Shown here: in pieces, positions 15,213-23,973 of the stretch
Position numbering within the stretch: the stretch's first letter is position 1
Layout of the letters: each line of letters opens with the position of its first letter
DNA from: Haloarcula rubra
GTDB taxonomy: Archaea > Halobacteriota > Halobacteria > Halobacteriales > Haloarculaceae
DNA length: 32,000 nucleotides
Direction of reading: 5' to 3'
NCBI RefSeq assembly: GCF_019599465.1
Contig: NZ_RKLR01000016.1
Coordinates: 2,005-34,004, forward strand
Notes under the pieces: model-generated
Database searches by the model: none
Seen by the model: only the letters and a program-made list of their open reading frames with translations
Told to the model about the DNA's origin: nothing
Position numbers and translations under genes: made by a program

Positions 15213-15250
15213 CACAACAATACTTCTGTTGTCCTCTTTTGTGACAGAAG
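15213..15250. promoter_or_regulatory. nested inverted repeats upstream of the wHTH gene (candidate operator)
   Basis: ACAACA (15214-15219) pairs with TGTTGT (15227-15232), and CTTCTGT (15223-15229) pairs with ACAGAAG (15244-15250). The site starts 20-60 nt upstream of the GTG start. Confidence 0.3.
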
Positions 15251-15300
15251 ACGGAGAATTCTCCGACGTGGCTGTTCTTGTGTGTGATTAGCTTGAGCCG

Positions 15301-15478
15301 AGTGAACTACCCCACCCTACTCGCTCACCGCTTGCGCGGTTCGCTCCTTGAGGGTGGGGCTTCCTGTTTCCACGACGCGCTTTGCAGATACAGGTGTATC
15401 CACAGGGAGAGCAGTCTCCACAGGCGTTGATTCGGAGTGAACCACTCCTACGTCTTCATACCGCGAAAAAGAATACGC
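15301..15478 (-). pseudogene. tnpB: orphan 3' end of an IS1341-type tnpB gene with right-end hairpin (omega-RNA / sotRNA-like region)
   Basis: The minus-strand frame reads ...EDVGVVHSESTPVETALPVDTPVSAKRVVETGSPTLKERTAQAVSE*, with the stop at 15317-15319. This matches the stereotyped C-terminus of haloarchaeal TnpB proteins as I recall it. A 9-bp stem (CCCCACCCT at 15310-15318 with AGGGTGGGG at 15351-15359) overlaps it. A stop codon at 15479-15481 closes the frame upstream, so the rest of the gene is missing. Confidence 0.55.
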
Positions 15479-15661
15479 TCATCCGTAGCACATTGTTGAT
15501 TTCACAGCGTCGCTTGAATGGCGTGTTTGAGAGCATCTCGGCCGGGTTTTCGAAACAGCTCTCGACGTAGCTGAAACGCTCTGAGATACTGAGTCAGCGT
15601 GTCTACCGAAAACCGGGGAAAGAAGCGCTCAAAACTGCGCGCTAACTCACCAACAATCTAC

Positions 15662-15781
15662 GCCACAAGAGCGTATAAGATGAAGCACCAGAATCAGACA
15701 CCGGTGCAGCACCAACTTCGATTGCGGGCTCACGAACGTCGTCGGGAAGAAGCTGAAACCGCTGACGACAGAACCAATTGA
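15662..15781 (+). pseudogene. 5'-truncated paralog of the 14552-14815 gene
   Basis: The segment ATRAYKMKHQNQTPVQHQLRLRAHERRREE aligns with EYLAYETKHQNRTPVQHQLRLRARELRR. The DNA is about 70% identical by eye. Sequence upstream of it is unrelated. Confidence 0.4.
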
Positions 15782-15871
15782 GACTACGATTGCTGTATCT
15801 TCGTATTGGCCTATGCTGTGCATTAAAAATGAACAGCCACTCCCAGATCTCGAGATCGTCCTGTGGCAGGC

Positions 15872-15927
15872 CAACTCCCTCACCCTACTTGCTCGAGCCT
15901 GATGCTCGCACGATTCAGAGGGGGTTG
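15872..15927 (-). repeat. second TnpB right-end-like hairpin element
   Basis: The sequence AACTCCCTCACCCTACTTGCTC matches AACTACCCCACCCTACTCGCTC of 15305-15326 at 19 of 22 positions. Its own stem pairs CAACTCCCTC with GAGGGGGTTG, with one G-U pair. Confidence 0.35.
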
Positions 15928-16011
15928 AATACTACCCACCACATACATAACAGAAAGATGAAGATATTGTTTTAACATGTAGCCAGGAACACGTAAACGG
16001 AACTAATTGAT

Positions 16012-17091
16012 ATGCGGCACTGGGCACGCGTTTTCATCGGGTCGGGTATCCTTATTATGATCTCCTTGCTCTGGCACCCGTTTTCTCACACGTTGGACAG
16101 ATACTCAATTGGTTATCTCATAGTTGTATTAGTCCTTATTAGTGGAGCCGGACTGGGCCTTCTCTATGGGGGGTATTGGCATTTGCATAACCCCCTCCCT
16201 CGCGACCGATATCCCCGTCTGTTGGGGTGGCTGCTGGCAGGTGCACTCTTGCTCATGAGTATCGGTGTAATCAGTCTGTATCTCGGCTCGGTTCAGATCA
16301 CGCAGGCGGAACTCTTCGCTGTACTGCACTTAACGAGTTCTCTTGGGATTGCTACCGGGCTACTGGTTGGGACTGTCGAAGCTACTGCAATCGTCCAGTC
16401 ACGGGCCGCTGCGAGGACTGAGGCGAAGGCGAGAGCGCTTGAGCGTGAGCGTGACCGCATCTACCGACTTACTGGGTTGCTCCGCCATCATATCTTGAAT
16501 AGTCTTACCGTCATTTCTGGGTATGTCGATTATTTATCGACGGATATCCCTCCAGAGGATGAAGAAAAGCTGGATGCCATTGATGAGCGCATTAAGACGA
16601 TAACGACACTCATTGAGAATATTCGCACTCTGTCGACGACTTTGCAAGATGATTCGCCACAGACTCAGTACGATGTGGAGGTGCTTTTTAAAAAGGTCTG
16701 TGAAGAGGTCGCACCGCCACAGACCGTTTCGATTACCATCCCGACCGACACTCCAACACTCTATACCACAGTCACATTTGAGCAGACACTGTGTCTGCTG
16801 TTTGATGCGTTGGCTGACGTGTTCGATGCTTCGGACACGTTCACAGTTACTGCATGTGGATCGCATGAGGGCGTCACGATATCCATTTCGACAGCAGAGC
16901 CAAAAGCACTGACACAGGAGTCATTTTCTAGGGCTGGACCTGAAACCGATGTGAAATTCGCACTCGCCCGGGAATTGCTCACCAGTTCTGGGACGTTACA
17001 GTTGGATGATTCGCAAGACACCACTCTTGCATGCCAATTCACGGTAGACACACTTGCAAGCTGTAACGATAACCTGACGGACAACCAATGA
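16012..17091 (+). CDS. membrane histidine-kinase-like protein with a degenerate ATP-binding domain
   Basis: Four N-terminal TM segments, then a coiled coil, then a DHp-like H-box (LLRHHILNSLTVISGYVDYL). The C-terminal region lacks recognisable N, G1 and G2 boxes. Confidence 0.55.
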   Translation: MRHWARVFIGSGILIMISLLWHPFSHTLDRYSIGYLIVVLVLISGAGLGLLYGGYWHLHNPLPRDRYPRLLGWLLAGALLLMSIGVISLYLGSVQITQAELFAVLHLTSSLGIATGLLVGTVEATAIVQSRAAARTEAKARALERERDRIYRLTGLLRHHILNSLTVISGYVDYLSTDIPPEDEEKLDAIDERIKTITTLIENIRTLSTTLQDDSPQTQYDVEVLFKKVCEEVAPPQTVSITIPTDTPTLYTTVTFEQTLCLLFDALADVFDASDTFTVTACGSHEGVTISISTAEPKALTQESFSRAGPETDVKFALARELLTSSGTLQLDDSQDTTLACQFTVDTLASCNDNLTDNQ

Positions 17092-17171
17092 GCAGTCCTC
17101 GTGCAGGTAGCTTCGTCAGACAGAGTGCCACAGTAGCCCATCTATAGACCGCTTTTCCTCAGTAGGGATGT

Positions 17172-17309
17172 TTATTCGATTTTGGTCACGGTTACCGCAT
17201 ACGTGGCACCACACTCACCACACACAGCCGTCACACTCACCTGTGTATCCCCACCTCTGGTGAAATCGGAGATCTCAGCCCCACACCCACAATCAAATCG
17301 GAATTCCAT
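17172..17309 (-). CDS. small zinc-finger protein (45 aa)
   Basis: The protein reads MEFRFDCGCGAEISDFTRGGDTQVSVTAVCGECGATYAVTVTKIE, with a CxC...CxxC pattern. It is below the track cutoff. Confidence 0.35.
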   Translation of the reverse strand: MEFRFDCGCGAEISDFTRGGDTQVSVTAVCGECGATYAVTVTKIE

Positions 17310-17674
17310 ACAGATTAATTATGAAGCTGAATACTGATAAGTACGTCGTGCATTATCTCTCTGAGAGAAAATGACTGGCTACCAGACACTTTTTTGCTTT
17401 CCAGCAGATGTGGGAAGAAACATCTTCTAGTTGTTATTGTATCTGTGAGGATGTGAAATCAACTAGGGGAAGTCAGTGTAGGCGACACTCATCAGTGGGT
17501 TAAAAACGGTTGGGAGAGTGGGTCTCTAGCCAGGTAACCGAACCGTGGTTTTGTACACCCCCTGTTTGTGCGGGGCGTTCCACAGTGGGCGCGCCGTCTG
17601 CCAACCATGTCTACCGTTACAGTCACATCTAAGAGATCGCTCGCGACTGCCGTCGACGGGATAGGGGTCTATCG

Positions 17675-18313
17675 ATGACCGACGACAACGCCAACCCGGA
17701 CGACCGGACGGTCGCAGCGCTGACCGACGTGATGACTGTGCTGGATTCGATCGCCCAGGGTGCTGACGCTCCGGACCTGTACCTCGTGGTGTCGGGCTCC
17801 GGGTCGGCATACCTCGTCGACACGGCCGAGGGCCGGTGTGAGTGTCCAGACGACACACATCGGCCGGTCGAGTGCAAGCATCGCCGGCGTGTCGCATTTG
17901 CCATCGGCGAGCGCCCCATCCTCGAGTGGGTCAATCCGGCGGCACTCGATGATCAGTTTGGATTGCACGTCAATGCCGATCGGCGCCGAGCAGTTGCTGA
18001 TGGTGGCGACGTCCGGACGCCGTCTGACGAAAGCAAGGGTACTGGGTCGGCCAGTGGCCCGCTTGCCGTCGAGGCCGACGACGATCCACGAACAAAGCGT
18101 GCGAAGCGCGAAGATATCGACGTCTCGTTTCTCACGAAGCCCGGCCGGTACGAGGTGTATTCGGCATCCGGTCGTATCTACGAGGTCGACGTTATTGAGA
18201 AGACGTGTAGCTGTCCGGACGACGCGGCGCGATGCAAGCACCTCCGGCGGGTCGAGATCGAGATCCGAGCAGGGTTGGTCCCTCGGCCGGACGGTCGACT
18301 TCCGGATGCGTAA
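17675..18313 (+). CDS. double SWIM zinc-finger protein
   Basis: Two CxCxnCxH motifs are present: CECPDDTHRPVECKH and CSCPDDAARCKH. Confidence 0.7.
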   Translation: MTDDNANPDDRTVAALTDVMTVLDSIAQGADAPDLYLVVSGSGSAYLVDTAEGRCECPDDTHRPVECKHRRRVAFAIGERPILEWVNPAALDDQFGLHVNADRRRAVADGGDVRTPSDESKGTGSASGPLAVEADDDPRTKRAKREDIDVSFLTKPGRYEVYSASGRIYEVDVIEKTCSCPDDAARCKHLRRVEIEIRAGLVPRPDGRLPDA

Positions 18314-18366
18314 CCGGCACGAGCCGAGTGGGTTTGCGTCTCTCAGGGGATTGAGAGAGTCTTCTC

Positions 18367-21111
18367 ATGGCTTCGAGCACTGTCCAGCAGGAGTCGGACG
18401 TATCGACACAGCAGTATCCAGAATGTGGCGGTGACCTCGTTCAGGATGCACATGAAACCCACTGTGGAGTGTGCGGCTTCGTCGTCAAGGACGAACCCGT
18501 CGACCACGGACCCGAGTGGACCGACCCCTACTCCGGCGAGCAGATCTTCGGCGGCGCTCAGGCCGTCATCAACCCGCCCGAAGAGGACGCCTTCCGCGAG
18601 CAGGCACTCCACTACCACGACTTCGGTCCGCTGCGGGACCGGGAGACGGGCGAGTTCGTCACTCCTGACGAAGAGCACAACCTGAACGCTGGGACGATGG
18701 CGATCAACTGCCGGAACTCGCCGTTCTACCACTGCGACGACGAGGATGCAGCGTACGTCCACAGCTCCCAGGTTCACGGCGATCCAGAGACGCCGGTGAT
18801 CGAGGCCTACGAAAGCGACGAGATTCGGTTCCGGTTGTTCCAGGGCGCCTACGAGGAACAGCCCAACTTCGGACTCCACGGTCTCCGATTCGATCCAGAA
18901 GGATTCGCCGAGCAGGACATGGTCTCGCAAGTCATCGGCACGTCCGAGGCGTTCACTTTCAGGGTTCCTCCGGAAAAGACTCAGCAGGATTTCGAGCACA
19001 TCACCAACCCCAATGATCTCCCGGTCCGTGACTACCGGTATGGATCGAACATCATCGACGACATTTGGACCGGGATGTGGGGACTGCTCCGCATCTGGGG
19101 CGGGGAAGTTGACCACCTCCAAGCGTTACCCGAGGTGGGCGCACCTAACACGTCGATTTCTGACGACGAACTCCGAGCAATGGGCCACCCGGTACCGTTC
19201 TCGGATCCCGATTGGACCGAAGAAGGCCAGCGTGCGAAACTCATCTACGACGAAGACGATGACAGGGATTTCCCACCGGACAAGGACGCTCGGCGGAACG
19301 ATGGTGTTGGAGCGATTCCCCCAACGCCCGAGGGAGACAGCAAGGGTCCGAGTAATCCGTGCCCCGACAAGGGACCAGATCGAACGTTCGACATTACGGC
19401 CTTCCAGGTCGACATCCCGTACAATGACTACGGCGATCACGACGAACACGGCGTCGTCTTCGCCCTCGACAGGTACGTCGATGAAATCAAGAGCGGTGAT
19501 CGGCCCGTCGAACCGCTGACACTCCACGCGAACAAAGGCGACTGCATCGAGATTAACCTCACGAACGACCTACCCGATGATCTCGACAACAACCATCCCC
19601 ACCCAAAGATGCGGGTGTCCCAGGACTGGGAGCGATCGAGTCGGATTTCACTCCACCCGATCCAGTTGATGTACGACGTCAACGGGTCGAACGGGTCGAC
19701 CGTCGGGTTCAACCACGATACCACGGTCGGACAGAACGAGACGATTACCTACCGCTGGAACGCCGACGTGGAGGTGGGGACCGCGCTCCTGTGGGACATG
19801 GCCGACGTCAGGAGCACCCGTCACCACGGCGCCTTCGGTCAGTTGGTGACCGAACCCGATGGGTCGTTCACGCTCGATAACGAAACCGGCGAGGTCAACG
19901 TCACGAAAGCGGCGTCGATGATTAAAACAGCGGACGACGACCCCGATTTCCGCGAGAACGCGCTGATATTCGCTGACGGACAGTTCATCCTCAACCGGGA
20001 TGATCCCGAGGACTGTATCGTCCCACCGGGGCCCGACATCGAGAACCCAGATGATCCCTGTACGCAACTCGGCGACTCTGAAGACCAGGGGTTCGGCGGC
20101 ATCAACTACCGCTGCGAGCCCTTCGTACGTCGGTTTGAGAACAACGACATCCAACACCTCGTCTATAGCTCGAAGGAACACGGCGATCCCAACACGCCCA
20201 TCTGGAAGGCAGTCAGGGACGACCCGGTCAAGTTCCGGGTGGCCTCGGGAGCGAACAAGGCTCGGGCGGTCGCGTTCCACCTCGCCGAACACCAGTGGCA
20301 ACGCTTCCAAGAAGTCGTGGAGGCATCCATCATCGGCGTCGACGGGCAACTCCCTGGGCGGGCGTTGACCATGGACCTACTCGGTGGTGCCGGCGGGTTA
20401 GGAAGCGACAGCGGCAACGGTGATTACATTTATCAAGAGACGAAACAGCGCCGCCGGCTCGAAGCAGGACTGTGGGGTATCTTCCGTGTCCATCAACAAC
20501 CCGAGAAATTCCCCGGGAGAGGAGTCCAGCCGCTTCCGGACCGAGCGGGAGAAATTCCGCTCGCGGGCCGGCCGGAGTTTGTCGTTCAGACAGGCGACGT
20601 GGCCGGGATCGGAAACCAAGATACCGTCATCGGTGTGCCCGGAAGGAATATCGGTGCCTTCCAGGCTGGTGCAGCGTACGTGTTCACGGATACTCCTCCG
20701 GGACGGATCACTGATCTCGCGGACGCCGACCTCCAGATCCCGAACGAGACCGCACAGCAGCGTGTCGGTACTGACATCCGCCTCGTTGCGAGAGACGCCG
20801 GCGGCCAAGACATCGTCGTGGCCTCCACAACCGAGGACGATCGGATCATTGAGGGCGGCCAGCCACTGCTCGATCTCATCGAATCTCCGCCATCATCGGA
20901 GATTGACGACTTCATTCGGGGGACGGCCAACACCAACGTCAGAGCGATCGTCCCCTTCGACGAGGTGTCGAGATCGGAGACCGAAACCGACACCGGCAAT
21001 GGCGGTGGGAAGGGGAACGGTGACGGGAACAACAAAACAAAAACCGTAGTAGCAACGGTGAGGGACGCGGAATCCAGGATAAGTACTGGAGGTGTGGACG
21101 AGGACTGCTAA
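18367..21111 (+). CDS. 914-aa fusion of a TFB-type N-terminal zinc ribbon, multicopper-oxidase-like (cupredoxin) repeats and an FG-GAP-like segment
   Basis: The N-terminus YPECGGDLVQDAHETHCGVCGFVVKDEPVDHGPEW mirrors the TFB zinc ribbon through the GPEW motif. MCO-like blocks include HANKGDCIEINLTND, ISLHPIQL...GTALLWDMAD...HHGAFGQLVTEP, and a duplicated INxR..PF...HGDP.TP......FR...(G/A)LWG(L/I)(L/F)R(I/V) module. The copper-ligand His/Cys positions are mostly substituted. The FG-GAP-like segment is GDVAGIGNQDTVIGVPG...GAAYVF. There is no signal peptide. Confidence 0.65.
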   Translation: MASSTVQQESDVSTQQYPECGGDLVQDAHETHCGVCGFVVKDEPVDHGPEWTDPYSGEQIFGGAQAVINPPEEDAFREQALHYHDFGPLRDRETGEFVTPDEEHNLNAGTMAINCRNSPFYHCDDEDAAYVHSSQVHGDPETPVIEAYESDEIRFRLFQGAYEEQPNFGLHGLRFDPEGFAEQDMVSQVIGTSEAFTFRVPPEKTQQDFEHITNPNDLPVRDYRYGSNIIDDIWTGMWGLLRIWGGEVDHLQALPEVGAPNTSISDDELRAMGHPVPFSDPDWTEEGQRAKLIYDEDDDRDFPPDKDARRNDGVGAIPPTPEGDSKGPSNPCPDKGPDRTFDITAFQVDIPYNDYGDHDEHGVVFALDRYVDEIKSGDRPVEPLTLHANKGDCIEINLTNDLPDDLDNNHPHPKMRVSQDWERSSRISLHPIQLMYDVNGSNGSTVGFNHDTTVGQNETITYRWNADVEVGTALLWDMADVRSTRHHGAFGQLVTEPDGSFTLDNETGEVNVTKAASMIKTADDDPDFRENALIFADGQFILNRDDPEDCIVPPGPDIENPDDPCTQLGDSEDQGFGGINYRCEPFVRRFENNDIQHLVYSSKEHGDPNTPIWKAVRDDPVKFRVASGANKARAVAFHLAEHQWQRFQEVVEASIIGVDGQLPGRALTMDLLGGAGGLGSDSGNGDYIYQETKQRRRLEAGLWGIFRVHQQPEKFPGRGVQPLPDRAGEIPLAGRPEFVVQTGDVAGIGNQDTVIGVPGRNIGAFQAGAAYVFTDTPPGRITDLADADLQIPNETAQQRVGTDIRLVARDAGGQDIVVASTTEDDRIIEGGQPLLDLIESPPSSEIDDFIRGTANTNVRAIVPFDEVSRSETETDTGNGGGKGNGDGNNKTKTVVATVRDAESRISTGGVDEDC

Positions 21112-21149
21112 TTCTGGTGGCTCACTCCGTGTAGATTCGAAACAGAGAG

Positions 21150-22940
21150 TTATTCGGAGGGCGTGATGTTCTGATTCAGCCGAAACAGGTTCGTCGGATC
21201 GTATTTATCTTTGAGTGCGACCAGCCGCTCGAAGTTCTTTTGACCGGCCGCCGACCGCACTAACTCTTCACCCTCCTCGCCGAAACCGGGGAAGTTCAGG
21301 TACAGGCTCCCGTCCGAGAAGCGGTGCATGTCCGCCCACGCCTCGCGGGTCCAGGCGACGATCTCCTCGGTGTTGGAGGGGTCCTCCCACGTCGAATCGA
21401 AGCTTAGCATGTACGCGGGACTTCGGTCACCGTAGGACGTTTCGGTCGAGCCGACGCGCTGCATAGCACCGCCGTGATGCCAGAGCGGGATGAGGATACT
21501 CGATGCGGGCCGATCCTCGACGATCGAGATGATCTCGTCGATGATCTCCTCGTCGAGGCGATGCAGATTGATCGACTTCCAGTAGTGGCACAGTTCGCCC
21601 TCTGGGAAGAACGGGTCGAACAGCTTCTGAACCTGCGTGAACGGCATTCGTCCACTCAGGTCGATGAGCGGCTTGGCGAGGTCACGGAGCGGCCAGAGGA
21701 TGCGCTCGCCCTCCTCTGCCGGGCCGCAGTGCATAGCGGCGACGGTGACGATCGGCTCCCCGTGCGTCTCTTCGGGGAAATCGGGAACGGCGGGCACCGA
21801 CCAGAAGACCAACTCCGAGGACACCTCCTCGGGTGCGTCAGCCATGAAATCCCGCCACGCGGGGACCACTTCGCGCGCCGTCGCGAGCGGGTACATCACG
21901 CCAGCGAACATCACTTTGGGACCGACCGGATGGAGACGGTACTCGAAACTGGTGACGACGCCGAAGTTGCCACCACCACCACGAATCCCCCAGAACAACT
22001 CGGGGCTCTGGGTCTCGCTCGCGGTGAGGAACTCGCCGTCCGCGGTCACGATGTCTACAGAAACGAGGTTGTCGATGGACAGCCCGTACTTCCGGCGGAG
22101 CCATCCCATCCCGCCGCTCAAGGTCAGCCCCGCGATGCCGGTGATTGAGACGACGCCACCGGGCGTCGCCAGCCCGAACTGCTGGGTTTCGTGGTCGAGC
22201 TCGCCCCACGTCACGCCTCCTTCCGCACGGACGGTCTGGGCATCAAGGTCGACGTGAACTCCCTTCATCCGGGAGAGATCGATCACCAGCCCGCCGTCAC
22301 AGACGGCCGTCCCGGCGACGTTGTGCCCGCCCCCACGGATCGCCACCAGCAGGTCGTTCTCGCGGGCGAAGTTTACGGCGTCGATGACGTCCGCGACGCC
22401 CGTACACTGAGCGATGAGCGCCGGGTACTTGTCGATCACCCGATTCCAGACCGCACGCGCCTCGTCGTACTCGTCGTCGCCCGGGCGAATCACGTCGCCC
22501 TGGAACCCCTCGACGAACGCCTCCACGTGGGTGTCGTCAAGCAGGGTTCCGGACCATTCGATGATGGAAGTATTCTCGATATCGAGGACTACAATACCGG
22601 AGACGGTGGTCTCACCGTCCTCGTCGTCGGAGTCGCGGCCCGGAGACTGTTCCGCCGGGGCCCCGTGACCGGACACTTGGATCACCAGTGTTCCATCTGC
22701 GACGGTGACATCGTCGATTGTCAGGTCGAAGTCGGAGACGGCATCCCTGGTCCGCGTGATGTACCGTTTGTAGCAATCTAGGCCGATTCCAGTAGTAGGT
22801 TCCGCGGGATCGTGGACGACGACATCGGAGGCACACAGGTCGTCAATCCTGTCGAGGTCGCCATCGTCCCAGGCCGCGTCAACGAGGGTGCGAGCGAGCG
22901 TTTCGTGGTCAATCGGTGTATCCGTGTCCCGGTGAGACAT
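21150..22940 (-). CDS. FAD-binding oxidoreductase (PCMH/BBE type) with an N-terminal SnoaL/NTF2-like domain
   Basis: The FAD-binding motif is AIRGGGHNVAG and the C-terminal BBE motif is KYDPTNLFRLNQNITP. The N-terminal ~130 aa look like a SnoaL-type cyclase fold (DDLCASDVVVHDP...). Confidence 0.8.
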   Translation of the reverse strand: MSHRDTDTPIDHETLARTLVDAAWDDGDLDRIDDLCASDVVVHDPAEPTTGIGLDCYKRYITRTRDAVSDFDLTIDDVTVADGTLVIQVSGHGAPAEQSPGRDSDDEDGETTVSGIVVLDIENTSIIEWSGTLLDDTHVEAFVEGFQGDVIRPGDDEYDEARAVWNRVIDKYPALIAQCTGVADVIDAVNFARENDLLVAIRGGGHNVAGTAVCDGGLVIDLSRMKGVHVDLDAQTVRAEGGVTWGELDHETQQFGLATPGGVVSITGIAGLTLSGGMGWLRRKYGLSIDNLVSVDIVTADGEFLTASETQSPELFWGIRGGGGNFGVVTSFEYRLHPVGPKVMFAGVMYPLATAREVVPAWRDFMADAPEEVSSELVFWSVPAVPDFPEETHGEPIVTVAAMHCGPAEEGERILWPLRDLAKPLIDLSGRMPFTQVQKLFDPFFPEGELCHYWKSINLHRLDEEIIDEIISIVEDRPASSILIPLWHHGGAMQRVGSTETSYGDRSPAYMLSFDSTWEDPSNTEEIVAWTREAWADMHRFSDGSLYLNFPGFGEEGEELVRSAAGQKNFERLVALKDKYDPTNLFRLNQNITPSE

Positions 22941-23048
22941 GGTAGAGGCTACGGCCGGGGAACAAATGTAAGCAACTAGTGATATTTTTGTCCCAATTGA
23001 GATCGTCTCGGCCCCTGAGACAGACCTATTATCAAAGACCGCGAATTC

Positions 23049-23867
23049 ATGCGTATGACGGCGATTCGACCCGAGGATCCCGACCTACTGATCGACCTGA
23101 TCCGGCGCTCACCACTGCTCGAGGAGCTCCAGCAGGATGCGCTCGACCGGGCAGAGCTCCAGGATCGGCTGGCCGTCTCGAGGGCTACCTGCCACCGGCA
23201 TACGCGAACTCTCGACGAATTGGGCGTCATCGAGCGGGTTGATAGTCACTTTCAACTTACCGAGGCAGGGTGGCTGCTCACGGATGCACTCACCACGTTC
23301 AAACGAGACGCTAGGTCGGCAGTACAGCTCGCTCCCGTGCTAGACGCGGTAGGGGATGCACCAGGCGAGATCGACGCCAAGGCGTTCGCCGACGCGACCG
23401 TGACGAGCGCTGAGCGCGGCGACCCGTACAGCCCGGTGGCCCGTTTCATTACGCTCGTCCGGGAGACGGAGGCGCTCCGCGGGCTCGACATGGACGCCAT
23501 CGCCCCGCTGTACATGGACGAGATCCAGAAACGTATCGTCGGCGGGATGGAGACGGAGGATATCACGCATCCCGGGGCCGTCAAGGACTCGCTCGATGGC
23601 TACCCAGACAAGTGCATGGAAGCCTGCGCGAGCGGCTACCTCACGGTCCAACTGTACGACGATCTCCCATTCGGGCTCGCTATCTTCGATGATCGGGTTG
23701 GGATCGGCGTCTGTGAACAGGGCACCCGAAACCTCCGCGTATTCGTCGATACGGACTCGCCAGCGGTGCGTGAGTGGGCCGAGTCAGTCTATGAGGTGTA
23801 CGAATCCGAGGCGATTCTGCTGGAGGAGTACACCCAACAGGGTTTCAGGGAAGCTATTGAAGCCTGA
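23049..23867 (+). CDS. HTH transcriptional regulator (ArsR-like wHTH plus a DUF1724-like C-terminal domain)
   Basis: The wHTH segment is LDRAELQDRLAVSRATCHRHTRTLDELGVIER. The length and layout are typical of haloarchaeal regulators of this class. Confidence 0.65.
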   Translation: MRMTAIRPEDPDLLIDLIRRSPLLEELQQDALDRAELQDRLAVSRATCHRHTRTLDELGVIERVDSHFQLTEAGWLLTDALTTFKRDARSAVQLAPVLDAVGDAPGEIDAKAFADATVTSAERGDPYSPVARFITLVRETEALRGLDMDAIAPLYMDEIQKRIVGGMETEDITHPGAVKDSLDGYPDKCMEACASGYLTVQLYDDLPFGLAIFDDRVGIGVCEQGTRNLRVFVDTDSPAVREWAESVYEVYESEAILLEEYTQQGFREAIEA

Positions 23868-23973
23868 GAAAAAACACTCCGCGCCCTTCCGGACCGGTCC
23901 TATCGGGGAATGGCTCCGAGCTCTCGCCACTCCCGGACACCGGACCGGTGATTCGACCGACAACGGATAGCCC

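Noticed and set aside
15505-15657. Minus-strand open frame ...PRFSVDTLTQYLRAFQLRRELFRKPGRDALKHAIQATL*, with no start codon, considered as a transposase C-terminal remnant
   Set aside because: I could not assign it to any IS family from memory. It may belong to the same composite remnant as the tnpB fragment, so I left it unannotated.
18343-20349. Antisense ORFs 18343-19122 and 19648-20349
   Set aside because: They lie opposite the 914-aa gene, which carries coherent domain motifs. Their composition is that of a GC shadow.
21474-22257. Plus-strand ORFs of 224 and 206 aa inside the FAD oxidase gene
   Set aside because: They are antisense to a gene with clear FAD-binding and BBE motifs, and they are Arg/Pro/Ser-rich.
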